Assembly (NCBI GenBank): GCA_964492775.1
Contig: CAZBLH010000008.1
Span: 452 to 64,451 of the forward strand
From: an uncultured Eubacteriales bacterium
GTDB taxonomy: Bacteria > Actinomycetota > Coriobacteriia > Anaerosomatales > PHET01
DNA: 64,000 bases
Direction: 5' to 3'
Position numbers and translations under genes: made by a program. How positions within the stretch are numbered: position 1 is the first letter of the stretch; each line of letters starts with the position of its first letter. Shown one piece after another: positions 9,314 through 19,366 of the stretch. The notes beneath the pieces were generated by a model, which saw only the letters and a list, made by a program, of their open reading frames with translations, did not search any database and was not told where the DNA came from.

Positions 9314-10765
9314 TCAGGTGCGTTCGGCGAGCCATTCGTCGATCGACGCGGCAGCGCGCTTGCCGGCCCCCATGGCCAGAATGACGGTCGCCGAGCCGGT
9401 CACAACGTCGCCACCTGCCCAGACGTCCTCCATCGAGGTCTGTCCGTCCTCGCCGGTAACGATGTAGCCGCGCGAGGTGGTCTCAAGGTCCGGTGCGGCA
9501 TCGGCGATCAGCGGGTTAGCGCGGGTGCCGACCGCGATGATGACGGTGTCGCAGTCGATTTCGAACTCCGAGCCAAGCACGCACACGGGCGCCCGCCGCC
9601 CACTCGAGTCCGGCTCACCGAGTTCCATGCGTGTTGCGACAAGTCCGGTCACCCAGCCGTCGCGCCCGGTGATCTCGACGGGCGAGCAGAGCATCTTGAA
9701 CTCGACGCCCTCCTCGCGCGCATGGTGGACCTCTTCGCGGCGCGCCGGCATCTCGTCCTCGGTTCGGCGGTACACGAGGAAGACCTCGTCCGCGCCGAGG
9801 CGCAGGGCGGTGCGCGCAGCGTCCATCGCCACGTTTCCGCCTCCGACTACGGCCACCTTGCGCCCGCGCCAGACCGGCGTGTCGGCGCGCGGGAACTCGT
9901 AGGCACGCATCAGGTTCACGCGCGTGAGGAACTCGTTGGCGGAGTAGACGCCGTTGAGATTCTCGCCCGGCAACCCCATGAAGACCGGCAGCCCAGCACC
10001 GGAACCGACGAAGACGGCGTCGAAGCCCTCCTCGGAAAGCAGCTCGTCTATGGTGGACAGCCGCCCGACGACGTAGTCGGTGACGATCTCGACGCCCATC
10101 GTGAGCAGCGTCTCGATCTCGGCGGCGACGACGTGCTTGGGCAGCCGGAACTCGGGGATGCCGTAGACCAGCACGCCTCCAGCTGCGTGCAGCGACTCGA
10201 AGACAGTGACCGCGTGCCCGCGGCGCGCGAGCTCGCCGGCGCACGCAAGGCCAGCCGGCCCGCTGCCGACCACCGCGATTCGCCGCCCGGTGCTCTCAGC
10301 GACTTCAGGCCGGCACCGCTGGCCAATCTCACAGGCAAGGTCCAAGTCACCGAGGTAGCGCTCGAGACGCCCGATGGCGACCGGGTTGCCCTTCTTCGCG
10401 AGCACGCACTTCGCCTCGCACTGCTCCTCCTGGGGGCAGACTCGCCCGCACACGGACGGCAGCGCGTTGCGCTCCTTGATGATAGAGATCGCCTCGGACG
10501 TGTTCCCGTCGATGATCTCGCGCACGAAGCCGCGAATATCGATGCTCACCGGGCAGCCCTGCTGGCAGGTGGGGTCCTTGCACTGCAGGCACCGGCTGGC
10601 CTCGGCCAGCGCTTCGTCTGCCGAGTACCCCAGCCCGACCTCGTCGAAGTCCCCCGCCCGCTCGGCAGCGTCGCGCTCGCTCATGGGCGTGCGCTCGCCG
10701 CGGACCGGCCGATGCCGCTCGCGGTCGTCGAAAACCCTGCGTCCCATGTCGTCTATATGTGGCAC
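9314..10765 (-). CDS. nfnB: NfnB-like / glutamate synthase small-subunit-like NADPH oxidoreductase
   Basis: Fe-S Cys motifs (RCLQCKDPTCQQGCP, CGRVCP..CE..C) plus two Rossmann GxGxxG motifs (VVGSGPAGLA, VVGGGNVAMD). It overlaps the nfnA-like gene upstream. Confidence 0.75.
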   Translation of the reverse strand: MPHIDDMGRRVFDDRERHRPVRGERTPMSERDAAERAGDFDEVGLGYSADEALAEASRCLQCKDPTCQQGCPVSIDIRGFVREIIDGNTSEAISIIKERNALPSVCGRVCPQEEQCEAKCVLAKKGNPVAIGRLERYLGDLDLACEIGQRCRPEVAESTGRRIAVVGSGPAGLACAGELARRGHAVTVFESLHAAGGVLVYGIPEFRLPKHVVAAEIETLLTMGVEIVTDYVVGRLSTIDELLSEEGFDAVFVGSGAGLPVFMGLPGENLNGVYSANEFLTRVNLMRAYEFPRADTPVWRGRKVAVVGGGNVAMDAARTALRLGADEVFLVYRRTEDEMPARREEVHHAREEGVEFKMLCSPVEITGRDGWVTGLVATRMELGEPDSSGRRAPVCVLGSEFEIDCDTVIIAVGTRANPLIADAAPDLETTSRGYIVTGEDGQTSMEDVWAGGDVVTGSATVILAMGAGKRAAASIDEWLAERT

Positions 10766-11592
10766 GAGCAGCTCCGGGAGTACTCGGCGTCCGCTTCACG
10801 TTCGGCATCCGCGTAGACGCGTTGGCGGCTCATCAGCTCTTCCCAGTCCACCGCGTGCCCGTCGAAGTCGGGCCCGTCCACGCACCCAAAGCGGGTTACG
10901 CCGCCCACGCTGACCCGGCACGCGCCGCACATGCCCGTTCCGTCCACCATGATCGGGTTCAGCGACACGGTGATGGGGATGTCGTACTCGGCCGCTGTTG
11001 CGGCGCAGAACTTCATCATGATTGCAGGACCCACTGCGAACGCGCGGTCGATGCTGTCTGCAGCCGCCATCCGCTTGAGCGGCGTGGTGACAAGCCCCTT
11101 CTCGCCCGCCGAGCCGTCGTCGGTGACCACGGTGAGCGACGCGAGCGCAAGATCACCGAGCTCCTTCTCAAGGAGCAGCAGCTCGCGGTTGCGAGCGCCG
11201 AGAATGACATGGACTTCGGCGCCGGCCTCAACCAGACCACGCGAGACCGGGTACGCCACCGCCGCGCCTACTCCACCACCGACGACCGCGATCCGTCCCC
11301 GGTCCTCAAGGTGCGTGGGCACGCCGAGCGGCCCGACGACATCGGCGAGCTCGTCGCCCACGCCGAGGTGGGAGAGCTGGTGTGTGGTCTTGCCGACTCG
11401 CATGTAGATGAAGCGGATCCAGCCCTCCTCGGCAGACCAGTCCGAGAAGGTGAGCGGGATGCGCTCGCCGCCCTCGGCGATCCTGAGCATGAGGAACTGG
11501 CCCGGGCGGACCTTTGCGGCGATCTTCGGGGCCTCGACGCCCATCTCGAAGACGGCGTCGGAGAGCTGGCGGGCGTGAATGATCCGGAACAC
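10753..11592 (-). CDS. nfnA: NfnA-like ferredoxin-NADP reductase subunit (dihydroorotate dehydrogenase electron-transfer-subunit family)
   Basis: GTG at 11592 with a GGAGG upstream. FRIIHARQLSDAVFEMGVEAP..IPLTFSD..VVGGGVGAAVAYP..MVDGTGMCGACRV is typical of the family. The track ORF (to 11961) is an N-terminal over-extension. Confidence 0.75.
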   Translation of the reverse strand: MFRIIHARQLSDAVFEMGVEAPKIAAKVRPGQFLMLRIAEGGERIPLTFSDWSAEEGWIRFIYMRVGKTTHQLSHLGVGDELADVVGPLGVPTHLEDRGRIAVVGGGVGAAVAYPVSRGLVEAGAEVHVILGARNRELLLLEKELGDLALASLTVVTDDGSAGEKGLVTTPLKRMAAADSIDRAFAVGPAIMMKFCAATAAEYDIPITVSLNPIMVDGTGMCGACRVSVGGVTRFGCVDGPDFDGHAVDWEELMSRQRVYADAEREADAEYSRSCSCHI

Positions 11593-11774
11593 GGGACCTC
11601 CGTCTGTGGGATCAAGTCGCGGGGTGATGAGGTCGAAACAGTATATCAGCCGCCCTTCGCACCCGCGGCGTCTTTGTGGGTAATTGGTGCTGCTGGTATA
11701 CTTGGTACGTTGATTGCGCCTTCCGGGGCCGGCCATACTACTTAATCGAAGCAGCGCACCGGAGAATAGGAACC

Positions 11775-12980
11775 ATGCATCGTAGCCGCGCAGTAGTAAC
11801 ACTCCTCCTGGCATTCCTCCTTGTCTTCGCGTCCGTGCTTCCGGCCGTCGGCGCAACCACGTCTGACCTGCAGAAGCACCGGAAGGCCGCAGAAGAAGCT
11901 CGAAAGCGCGCGCAGCAGTCTGAGAGCGCCGCTGCCAAGCTGGCGGCCGAGGTCGAGGCACTCGACGGTCAGATCGAGAAGATCGAGGCCGAAGCTCGCG
12001 CCCTCGATCCCAAGATCGCCGAGGCCGCCGCCAGGACCTCCAAGATCCAGGCCCAGGTCGACGCGCTTCAGGCCGAGATCGACCAGACCCAAGCCGAGAT
12101 CGAGAAGACGCAGGCCGAGTACGAGCTGCAGCAAGAGCTTCTCGCGAACCGGGTCAACTCCACGTACCGCCAGGGCACGTGGTTCTACTTCGACGTCCTT
12201 CTCGGCAGTCACGACATCGGCGACTTCATCACGCGCACCGAGTTCGTGAGCCGCATCATCGAGTCAAACAACGACCTCGCCCTGAGCCTCGATATCACCG
12301 AGCAGAACCTCGCGAAGGCCAAGGTCAAGCTGGATCGCTCGCTTGAAACCGTCGAGATCAAGCGCAAGGAGGCTGCCGAGGTCGAGCAGCAGCTCCGCGA
12401 CCTGCGCGCATCGCGGCAGGCGGCCGCCGCCCGCAGCGAGGCCGTGCAGAGCCAGAAGGCGCAGCTGGTAGTCGAGCACAAGGCGAACGCCAAGCGCCTG
12501 CGGGCACTCGCGGAGCAGGAAGAGGCGGAGTCCTCACGCATCGCTGCCGAACTGGCTGCGCGCGGTGGCGGCTCGGGCGTATACGCCGGAACCATGTCGT
12601 GGCCGGTCCCCTCGTCGCGCCGCGTGACCTCACAGTTCGGCTACCGTACTCACCCGATTTTCGGAGACCGCCGGCTGCACACGGGCATCGACATCGGAGC
12701 GTCGTCAGGCGCGGCCATCGTCGCTGCCGGTGACGGTGAGGTCATCTACGCCGGCTACCGGGGTGGCTACGGCAACACTGTGATGATCGACCACGGCAAC
12801 GGTGTCATCAGCCTCTACGCCCACCAGATCTCCGGCGGCATCGCCGTGCGGACAGGCCAGAAGGTATCCCGAGGCCAGCGCATCGGCGCGGTGGGCTCGA
12901 CGGGCAACTCGACCGGCCCGCACCTGCACTTCGAGGTGCGCGTGAACGGCTCGCCCGTGAACCCGATGAAGTACCTCTAG
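11775..12980 (+). CDS. secreted coiled-coil murein endopeptidase, peptidase M23 (EnvC/PcsB-like architecture)
   Basis: ATG at 11775. Signal peptide MHRSRAVVTLLLAFLLVFASVLPAVGA and a long coiled coil. The C-terminal M23 motifs are HTGIDI, GYGNTVMIDHGNG and GPHLHFEV. Confidence 0.85.
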   Translation: MHRSRAVVTLLLAFLLVFASVLPAVGATTSDLQKHRKAAEEARKRAQQSESAAAKLAAEVEALDGQIEKIEAEARALDPKIAEAAARTSKIQAQVDALQAEIDQTQAEIEKTQAEYELQQELLANRVNSTYRQGTWFYFDVLLGSHDIGDFITRTEFVSRIIESNNDLALSLDITEQNLAKAKVKLDRSLETVEIKRKEAAEVEQQLRDLRASRQAAAARSEAVQSQKAQLVVEHKANAKRLRALAEQEEAESSRIAAELAARGGGSGVYAGTMSWPVPSSRRVTSQFGYRTHPIFGDRRLHTGIDIGASSGAAIVAAGDGEVIYAGYRGGYGNTVMIDHGNGVISLYAHQISGGIAVRTGQKVSRGQRIGAVGSTGNSTGPHLHFEVRVNGSPVNPMKYL

Positions 12981-13007
12981 GGGCTTCTGGGGCTTCGCCG
13001 CTCGCGC

Positions 13008-13574
13008 TCAGTCCGCGTTGTACTCCCGCATAGCGCTGTCGATCCCGTGCTCCAGAATGTGCAGCACCGCTTGAGCGGCCGCAGGGATGCAGCTCTCAAA
13101 CTCCTCGAGCGACTCACCCTTGAGTCTCTGCAGCACCCAGTCGGCCGGGTCCATGCGACCCGTCGGTCGCCCCACGCCCACGCGCACGCGCAGGTACTCG
13201 TCGGATCCGAGCTTGGCATGGAGTGAGCGCAGCCCGTTGTGGCCGCCGTGCCCACCGCCGCGTTTGCAGAGCACACGCCCGGGCGCGAGATCGATGTCGT
13301 CGTGCACGACGATGATCTCGCGCACCGCGACCCCGTAGATCTCGGCAAGCTTTGCCACAGGTCCGCCGGAGACGTTCATGAACGACTGCGGCTTCGCCAG
13401 CACGAGGTCCTCGTCGCCGAAGCGAACGACGGCGACCTTCGAGCCTGCCTCGTCCTTCCAGTACGTGGCGCGAAGATTCTCACCGAGCAGGTCGATCACC
13501 TTGAAACCGGCGTTGTGGCGTGTGTGCTCGTATTCAGGACCTGGATTGCCCAGGCCCACAACCAGTCGGGTCAT
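13008..13574 (-). CDS. pth: peptidyl-tRNA hydrolase
   Basis: LVVGLGNPGPEYEHTRHNAGF..GGHGGHNGLRS are canonical Pth motifs. Confidence 0.95.
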   Translation of the reverse strand: MTRLVVGLGNPGPEYEHTRHNAGFKVIDLLGENLRATYWKDEAGSKVAVVRFGDEDLVLAKPQSFMNVSGGPVAKLAEIYGVAVREIIVVHDDIDLAPGRVLCKRGGGHGGHNGLRSLHAKLGSDEYLRVRVGVGRPTGRMDPADWVLQRLKGESLEEFESCIPAAAQAVLHILEHGIDSAMREYNAD

Positions 13575-13610
13575 AGCCTATGTCACCCGTGCAGGAGTGC
13601 CCAGCGGGGG

Positions 13611-14255
13611 CTATTCCTCGTCGGATGCATCCCCCTTGCCCACGAGCTCCGGCTCGGCGCCTTCCTCGAGAGCACCCTCTTCCTCGGCCTCTTCGAGGCG
13701 CGGCGCCTGCACTGAGGCGACCACGGCCTCGGGGTCGTCGAGAACAGTGACGCCCTTAGGCGGAGTCACATCGCCGAGAGTAATCGAGTCGCCGATCTCA
13801 AGTGCTTCCACGTCAACCTCGATTGCCTCGGGCAGGTCGGCCGGCTTCGCCTCGATGTTGACCTCGTGCACGTTGATCGTGAGGACACCGCCTGCGCGGA
13901 CACCAGCCGGGTCGTTCACGAGCCGGAGCGGCACCACCGTGGTGACCGGCTTGTTCATCGCGACCTCAAGGAAGTCGATGTGCAGGATCGTGCCCTTGAC
14001 TGCAGAGTGCTGCAGTTCGCGGATCATCGCCGAGACCGGCTTGGACTCGCCTTCGATCGCCAAGTCGACGATGGTGGCGCCGACGGAGTGGCGAGTGATG
14101 AACTGCTCGAACTCGTGCCGATCGATTGCTAGCGAGAGGGAGTCCCGTCCAGGCCCATACAGCACGGCCGGAATGAGGTTCTCGGGCGCGAGCTTCTTGC
14201 TGGTCTTGCCGACACGGTCGCGGAGGATCGCTTTGAGCACGTTGGCACCGGACAT
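13611..14255 (-). CDS. rplY: 50S ribosomal protein L25/general stress protein Ctc
   Basis: 214 aa; IPAVLYG..LHIDFLEV with an acidic C-terminal tail. It sits between prs and pth as in Bacillus. Confidence 0.9.
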   Translation of the reverse strand: MSGANVLKAILRDRVGKTSKKLAPENLIPAVLYGPGRDSLSLAIDRHEFEQFITRHSVGATIVDLAIEGESKPVSAMIRELQHSAVKGTILHIDFLEVAMNKPVTTVVPLRLVNDPAGVRAGGVLTINVHEVNIEAKPADLPEAIEVDVEALEIGDSITLGDVTPPKGVTVLDDPEAVVASVQAPRLEEAEEEGALEEGAEPELVGKGDASDEE

Positions 14256-14325
14256 GTATCTGACTCCTTCTTCTCACTTGCTGCTGACGGGGTGTATGTA
14301 CCCCTCCCAGCGCTTGCCACGGGAC

Positions 14326-15285
14326 TTACAGCTGGAAATCGGGGTCGAACAGCTCGGAGACGCTCTCGTCGCAGAAGACGTTCTGGACGGCACGAGCGAA
14401 CAGCGGCGCAACGGACAGGACGTGCAGCTTGCCGGCCTGCCTCTCGGCCGGGACGGTTACGGTATTGCAGACCACGACCTCCTCGATCGGCGCCGCTTCG
14501 AGACGCTCGAACGCCGGGGGCGAGAAGATGCCGTGGGTTGCGGTGACGTAGACCTTCTCGGCGCCGGCCTGCTTGAGCGCTTTGGCGCCCGCGGTGACAG
14601 AACCGGCCGTGTCGATCATGTCGTCGGCCACGATGCAGGTCTTGCCGGAGACGTCACCGATGACCTGCGTGATCTCGGCGACGTTGTGCTCCGGGCGACC
14701 CTTGTGCATGATCGCGAGCCCCGCGCCGAGCATGTCGGCGAGCTTCTTGCACGCCTTGGCGCGGCCGACGTCCGGGGACACGACCACGCAGTTGCTGAGC
14801 CGGAGCGACTCGAAGTAGTCGGCAAGGATGGGCAGCGCGGTCAGGTGGTTCACCGGCTGGTCGAAGAAGCCCTGGATCTGGCCCTGGTGCAGGTCCATCG
14901 CGATGACACGGTCGACGCCCGCGGTGGAGAGAAGGTCTGCAACCAGCTTGGCGGTGATGGGCTCGCGCGCCGCGCTCTTCTTGTCCTGCCGAGCGTAGCC
15001 ATAGTGCGGGATGACCGCCGTGATTGAACGGGACGAGGCGCGCTTGGCCGCGTCGACCATGATCAGAAGCTCCATCAGCGCGTCGTTTACCGAGCCACAA
15101 ATGGACTGCACGATGAACACGTCGGCGCCGCGGACGCTCTCGAGGTACCGGACGTAGATCTCCCCGTTGGCGAACTGGCTGATCTTCACGTTTCCGAGTT
15201 CGATGCCGAGGTGGCGCACGATTCCCTCGGCGAGCGCGGGATTGCTCGTCCCGCTGAACACGATCATGCGCGAACCGTCTAGCAT
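14326..15285 (-). CDS. prs: ribose-phosphate pyrophosphokinase
   Basis: The ATG at 15285 (MLDGSRMIVFSGTSNPALAEGI) is preceded by GAGGAG. The motifs YARQDKK and VVSPDVG..DDMIDTAGS are present. The track ORF start at 15435 would overlap glmU. Confidence 0.92.
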   Translation of the reverse strand: MLDGSRMIVFSGTSNPALAEGIVRHLGIELGNVKISQFANGEIYVRYLESVRGADVFIVQSICGSVNDALMELLIMVDAAKRASSRSITAVIPHYGYARQDKKSAAREPITAKLVADLLSTAGVDRVIAMDLHQGQIQGFFDQPVNHLTALPILADYFESLRLSNCVVVSPDVGRAKACKKLADMLGAGLAIMHKGRPEHNVAEITQVIGDVSGKTCIVADDMIDTAGSVTAGAKALKQAGAEKVYVTATHGIFSPPAFERLEAAPIEEVVVCNTVTVPAERQAGKLHVLSVAPLFARAVQNVFCDESVSELFDPDFQL

Positions 15286-15328
15286 CTTTGTGGCCACTCC
15301 TCGGTCTGGTGTCGTTGCACGAATGCCG

Positions 15329-16750
15329 CTACTCGGCCTCCGTGACCTCGGGCTTCGCCCGGTGACGCCGAGTCCAGTCCTCGACGTTCTTCTGATCCGT
15401 TCTTTCGATCGCGAGGGCTCCGGGCGGGACGTCACGCGTAATCACGCTTCCCGCGCCGATCGTAGCGCCCTCACCGATCCTTACGGGTGCTACTAGCATC
15501 GTATCAGAGCCCACGAACACGTCGTCCTCGATGATGGTCGGGTGCTTGCGGACGCCGTCGTAGTTGCAGGTGATGGTGCCGGCGCCGAGATTCACGCCCG
15601 AACCGATCGTGGCATCGCCGACGTACGACAGGTGCGGCACCTTGCTTCCCTCACCGACCGTCGAGTTCTTGATTTCGACGCTCGTGCCGGCCTTGGCGCG
15701 CGCCTCGAGCACCGCACCCGGCCGCAGGTACGCGACGGGCCCGACGCTCGCCTCCGGCCCCACCCGTGCGCCGACCAGCACGCTTGAGTCTACGCGAGCG
15801 CCAGCGCCGATCACCGAGTCCGTCGCGCGCGTATTGGGGCCGAGCACCGCGCCGTCACCCACCGAGGTCTTCCCGTAGAGCATGGTGAGCGGCAGTATCT
15901 CGACATCGCGCCCGACCTCGACATCCGGGCCGACCCAGACCAGATCGGGGTCGGTCATCGTCACGCCCGAGAGCATCAGATCGTGATTGATGCGCTGCTG
16001 CAGCACCTTGGTGACCTGCGCGAGCTGGACGCGGGAGTTCACGCCGAGCGTCTCGAACGGGTCAGCGGTCTCGCTGGCGGCAATCGTCAGGCCTTCTCGG
16101 CGGAAGATGTCCACCATGTCTGTGAGGTAGTACTCGCCTTGGGCGTTGCCGGTTGAGAGCCGGTCCAGGTGCGCGAAAAGCGCCGCAGCATCGAAGCAGT
16201 AGGTGCCGGTGTTGACCTCGTCAATGAGGCGCTGCTCAGGCGTGCAGTCCTTCTCCTCGACAATCGCCGCCACCCCGCCGTCGCGATCGCGCACGATGCG
16301 GCCGTAGCCGGTCGGGTCGGACATGCGCGTCGTGAGCAGCGCGGCGACCGCGCCTGAGGACTCGCGGATCGCGATCAGACCCGCGACCGTCTCCGCCGAG
16401 ATGAGCGGTGTGTCCCCCGAGAGGATCACCAGCGACCCCGTCGCAGTTCCCACCGCCTCGCGAGCGCACATCACCGCATGCCCCGTTCCGAGCTGACGGT
16501 CCTGGCGCACGAACTCGATGTCGCCAGCAACGGCCTCAACCGCCTCGGCCTTATGACCGGTGATCGCGATGACGCGCTCGCAGCCTGCAGCCCTCGCGGC
16601 TTTGACCACGTAGCTGATCATGGGCGTGCCGAGGACCTCGTGCACGACTTTGGGCTTGTCCGACTTCATCCGGGTTCCCTCGCCCGCGGCGAGGATGAGT
16701 GCGGTGGCTGTCACCAGTAGCCCCCCTGAGGATCGGAGCGTTGTACGCAT
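15329..16750 (-). CDS. glmU: bifunctional UDP-N-acetylglucosamine pyrophosphorylase / glucosamine-1-phosphate N-acetyltransferase
   Basis: LILAAGEGTRMKSDKPKV at the N-terminus and left-handed beta-helix hexapeptide repeats at the C-terminus. The start is uncertain: ATG 16750 or GTG 16714. Confidence 0.92.
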   Translation of the reverse strand: MRTTLRSSGGLLVTATALILAAGEGTRMKSDKPKVVHEVLGTPMISYVVKAARAAGCERVIAITGHKAEAVEAVAGDIEFVRQDRQLGTGHAVMCAREAVGTATGSLVILSGDTPLISAETVAGLIAIRESSGAVAALLTTRMSDPTGYGRIVRDRDGGVAAIVEEKDCTPEQRLIDEVNTGTYCFDAAALFAHLDRLSTGNAQGEYYLTDMVDIFRREGLTIAASETADPFETLGVNSRVQLAQVTKVLQQRINHDLMLSGVTMTDPDLVWVGPDVEVGRDVEILPLTMLYGKTSVGDGAVLGPNTRATDSVIGAGARVDSSVLVGARVGPEASVGPVAYLRPGAVLEARAKAGTSVEIKNSTVGEGSKVPHLSYVGDATIGSGVNLGAGTITCNYDGVRKHPTIIEDDVFVGSDTMLVAPVRIGEGATIGAGSVITRDVPPGALAIERTDQKNVEDWTRRHRAKPEVTEAE

Positions 16751-16776
16751 GGGCGCAGGGCGCGCGCTGGACGCGT

Positions 16777-16850
16777 TGGCTGGGGCACCAGGATTCGAAC
16801 CTGGATAGCGGGAACCAAAATCCCGAGTCCTGCCATTAGACGATGCCCCA
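16777..16850 (-). tRNA. tRNA-Gln (anticodon UUG), CCA encoded
   Basis: Hand-folded cloverleaf on the minus strand: TGGGGCA TC GTCT AATGGCA GGAC T CGGGA TTTTGGT TCCCG CTAT CCAGG TTCGAAT CCTGG TGCCCCA G CCA. All four stems pair. Length 74 nt. Confidence 0.9.
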
Positions 16851-16945
16851 ATCCGGCGCCCAGCCAGTGTAGGAACTGCCGATGGGCAACGTCAAACCAC
16901 CCGGACCGCAACCGGCGGCGGTATCCCCGATGGCGCGGGACCCCC

Positions 16946-17251
16946 TCAGGCCTCGGCGAACTCCTCCGGACCGCTATCCGCGAGGCTGAACGCCTCGATG
17001 CCGCCGTTCATCACGAACTCGTCGAGTACGGCCTGCTGGATGTGGTTACGAGCCTCGGTGTTGATCGGATGACAGATATCGCGAAAGTCCCCGTTCGGGA
17101 GCTTTCTCGAGGGCATCGCGACGAACAACCCTTTGTCCCCGTTGACGATTCGAAGGTCGTGAATGACGAAGCAGTCATCGATGACTATGCTCGCGATGGC
17201 CACGACCTTGTTCATCTCAACAGGCCTCAGGGTCACTTTCGTGATTTTCAT
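16946..17251 (-). CDS. spoVG: septation protein SpoVG
   Basis: The ATG at 17251 is preceded by AAAGGGGGG. MKITKVTLRPVEMNKVVAIASIVIDDCFVIHDLRIV..GLFVAMPSRK is the SpoVG signature. Confidence 0.9.
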   Translation of the reverse strand: MKITKVTLRPVEMNKVVAIASIVIDDCFVIHDLRIVNGDKGLFVAMPSRKLPNGDFRDICHPINTEARNHIQQAVLDEFVMNGGIEAFSLADSGPEEFAEA

Positions 17252-17308
17252 GGCCCCCCTTTGTCCGGCATTCACAATCCCCACTCGGACATTAGTTTAG
17301 CACTGGGG

Positions 17309-18091
17309 TCACAATAGGTCGGTCGTATTCTCGCGACGTTCGAACAGAACCCGTTCGGCGACCACGACATCAATGGGCTTGTCTACATCCGCTCCGATAG
17401 ATGCGTGCTGCGTGCTGATGGCCACGCACTCCCCATCGAAGACCTTCGCGAGCCGGTTTGCCACGTTCTCGGGGTCGAGCCGCCCCAGGAGGAGCTTGAA
17501 GATGAAGCTCACGCCGACGACACGCGCGAGATCGATAGGGCTCTTGCGCAGCTCGAACAGCTTCTGGGCGACCTCGGTGTTGCGGCGCACGAGCGCGGGG
17601 GTTACGACCATTAGATTGCCGCCGGTGACCGGACCGCTCTTGATCTTGACGTACGTGCGCTGCGAGCCGGGGAACTCGGCCTCCATCGCCTCTTTCGAGA
17701 CGAGCGGATAGCTGAGTTCGGCCCCCGACGCGAGCGAGCGCGTCACATAGTCGTCCACGGCCTCAACAGTGAGTGCCGGCAGGTCCCCGGTCGCGATGAC
17801 GACTGGGCGCTCCTCGCCGAACGCGCTTACTCCGGCGACAACGTTGTCGATGAAGGAGCCGTCGGAGACGACAAGCTCGTCGACCTTCTCTACCCAAGAG
17901 CCGAGTCCCTGGTCGGTGGGGACAACCACGGCCACACGCGAGACGGTGCTCGCCGCGCGCATCGTGTCCACGACCCACTCGACCATAGGCTTGCCGGCTA
18001 CCGTGACCAACCCTTTGATGCTCACGGCCGGGTCGATGACGCAGCCATCGCCTCCAGCCATGATGACCGCGTCAACCGTCGTATGCGTCAC
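17309..18091 (-). CDS. MobA-like NTP-transferase family protein, substrate unknown
   Basis: AVIMAGGDG..GLVTVAGKPMVEW is a nucleotidyltransferase P-loop-like motif. GTG at 18091 overlaps the ispE stop as GTGA. Confidence 0.6.
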   Translation of the reverse strand: MTHTTVDAVIMAGGDGCVIDPAVSIKGLVTVAGKPMVEWVVDTMRAASTVSRVAVVVPTDQGLGSWVEKVDELVVSDGSFIDNVVAGVSAFGEERPVVIATGDLPALTVEAVDDYVTRSLASGAELSYPLVSKEAMEAEFPGSQRTYVKIKSGPVTGGNLMVVTPALVRRNTEVAQKLFELRKSPIDLARVVGVSFIFKLLLGRLDPENVANRLAKVFDGECVAISTQHASIGADVDKPIDVVVAERVLFERRENTTDLL

Positions 18092-18978
18092 GCTCGGCCC
18101 TTCTCGTCGGTAACGGTAGCGCCCTGTGCGGACAGCTTGGTCGGTGTCGCCCACCAGCCCCTGCCAGCAGCCTCACGTGCAATATGTTCCGCTATCTCGG
18201 CACTTCCGACCACTCCAAACACCGCGGAGCCGGAACCGGACACCTGTGCTCCCAGCACCCCCTGCTGACGGCTGAGCCAGCCGAGAACCTCGGCAACCGG
18301 TGGCGCGACGGCGCACGCCGCCTCCGAGAGGTTGTTGGCGAGCCGTTCGCCGAGAAGAGCCGCGTCCCCCGCCATAAGCGCCTCGACCACGGCAGCGTGT
18401 CCGGCGGCAGACGAGGGCGACGCGTCGAAGGCCCGGTACACCTCAGCGGTGGAGGCCGGCACGTCGGGCCGGACAAGCACGAGCGCGAAATCGCGGGCGG
18501 GCAGCGCCTGGGAGATCTCGTCTCCCCTGCCAGTCATGAGCGCCGCCCCTCCGTACAGGAAGAAAGGCACGTCCGCGCCGAGACGAGCGGCGACCGCGAG
18601 GCAGCGCGGATCGAGCTTGTCGACGCCCCATACGTGCGCGAGCCCAGCGATGACCGCGGCCGCATCGCTCGAACCGCCGCCCAGGCCGGCCGCGTGCGGG
18701 ATGCGCTTGGTGACGCGGATGGCGAACGCGGCTTCGTGGCCGAGCGCGTCCGCCAGCTCGGTAGCAGCGCGATAGGCGAGGTTGCGCTCGGCGGGGATGC
18801 CGAGATCGGGAGCGCACTCGATCGAGAGCTCGGGCGCCTCGGCGATCGTGATTTCGTCGTGCAGTTCGAGGGCGTGCATGATGGTCGTGACTTCGTGGTA
18901 ACCATCGTCAGCCTGAGCGCCGACCCCCAGATAGAGATTGACTTTGGCTGGTGCGACGACGGATACGGTTCGCGGCAC
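18088..18978 (-). CDS. ispE: 4-diphosphocytidyl-2-C-methyl-D-erythritol kinase
   Basis: APAKVNLYLGV..DGYHEV..KRIPHAAGLGGGSSDAAA (GHMP kinase). GTG at 18978 follows GAGGGA. The track ATG at 19077 would overlap veg by 23 nt. Confidence 0.88.
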   Translation of the reverse strand: MPRTVSVVAPAKVNLYLGVGAQADDGYHEVTTIMHALELHDEITIAEAPELSIECAPDLGIPAERNLAYRAATELADALGHEAAFAIRVTKRIPHAAGLGGGSSDAAAVIAGLAHVWGVDKLDPRCLAVAARLGADVPFFLYGGAALMTGRGDEISQALPARDFALVLVRPDVPASTAEVYRAFDASPSSAAGHAAVVEALMAGDAALLGERLANNLSEAACAVAPPVAEVLGWLSRQQGVLGAQVSGSGSAVFGVVGSAEIAEHIAREAAGRGWWATPTKLSAQGATVTDEKGRA

Positions 18979-19054
18979 GTGAGTTCCCTCGAACGACGAG
19001 CGCGGACCCAGAGTGGGTTCCGCGCTCGGACAGGCTATCAGTATCGGTACCGGA

Positions 19055-19336
19055 CTAGCTGAGCCAGGGGAAGACACTCTCCCCGCTCTCCGGGTTCGTC
19101 AGTTCAACAGTGCCGGTGAGCACGTCCACGTACTGGTATGAAGCACGCGCAGTGCGCTCACGCTTCTCCTGCACCTCAACGACGAAGAGGGCCGGATGGG
19201 TCTGGGTCAGGATGCCTTCGCGCTCCACTATCTTCGAGCGCCCCATGTTCGCGCGTACCCGGATGCGGCTACCGGTCAGCTCCTCAAGGTTGGAGCGGAT
19301 GCGACCGACGACTTCGACCTGGCTAGCAAGATCCAT
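19055..19336 (-). CDS. veg: Veg family protein
   Basis: 93 aa; IRVRANMGRSKIVEREGILTQTHPALFVVEV..ASYQYVDVLTGTVEL matches Veg. A strong GAAGGAGG RBS is present. Confidence 0.85.
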   Translation of the reverse strand: MDLASQVEVVGRIRSNLEELTGSRIRVRANMGRSKIVEREGILTQTHPALFVVEVQEKRERTARASYQYVDVLTGTVELTNPESGESVFPWLS

Positions 19337-19366
19337 ATAAGGGTACCTCCTTCAGCTCAAAGAATG

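Noticed and set aside
11710-11739. TTGATT-18 nt-CATACT possible promoter for the M23 peptidase gene
   Set aside because: The match to consensus is weak and the spacing is non-optimal. There is not enough evidence to list it as a feature.
10753-11961. Long N-terminal extensions of several track ORFs (nfnA to 11961, rsmA to 20611, prs to 15435, metG to 24695, kinase to 49936, integrase to 63460)
   Set aside because: The extensions overlap upstream genes or terminators, are Arg/Pro/Ser-rich, and precede internal start codons with good RBSs that align with the conserved N-termini of the respective families.
13378-15027. 549-aa plus-strand ORF spanning pth, rplY and prs antisense
   Set aside because: It crosses three well-supported minus-strand genes and their intergenic spacers. 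No motifs are present; it is a high-GC artefact. The same holds for 41772..43235, 44842..46065 and 46990..48024.
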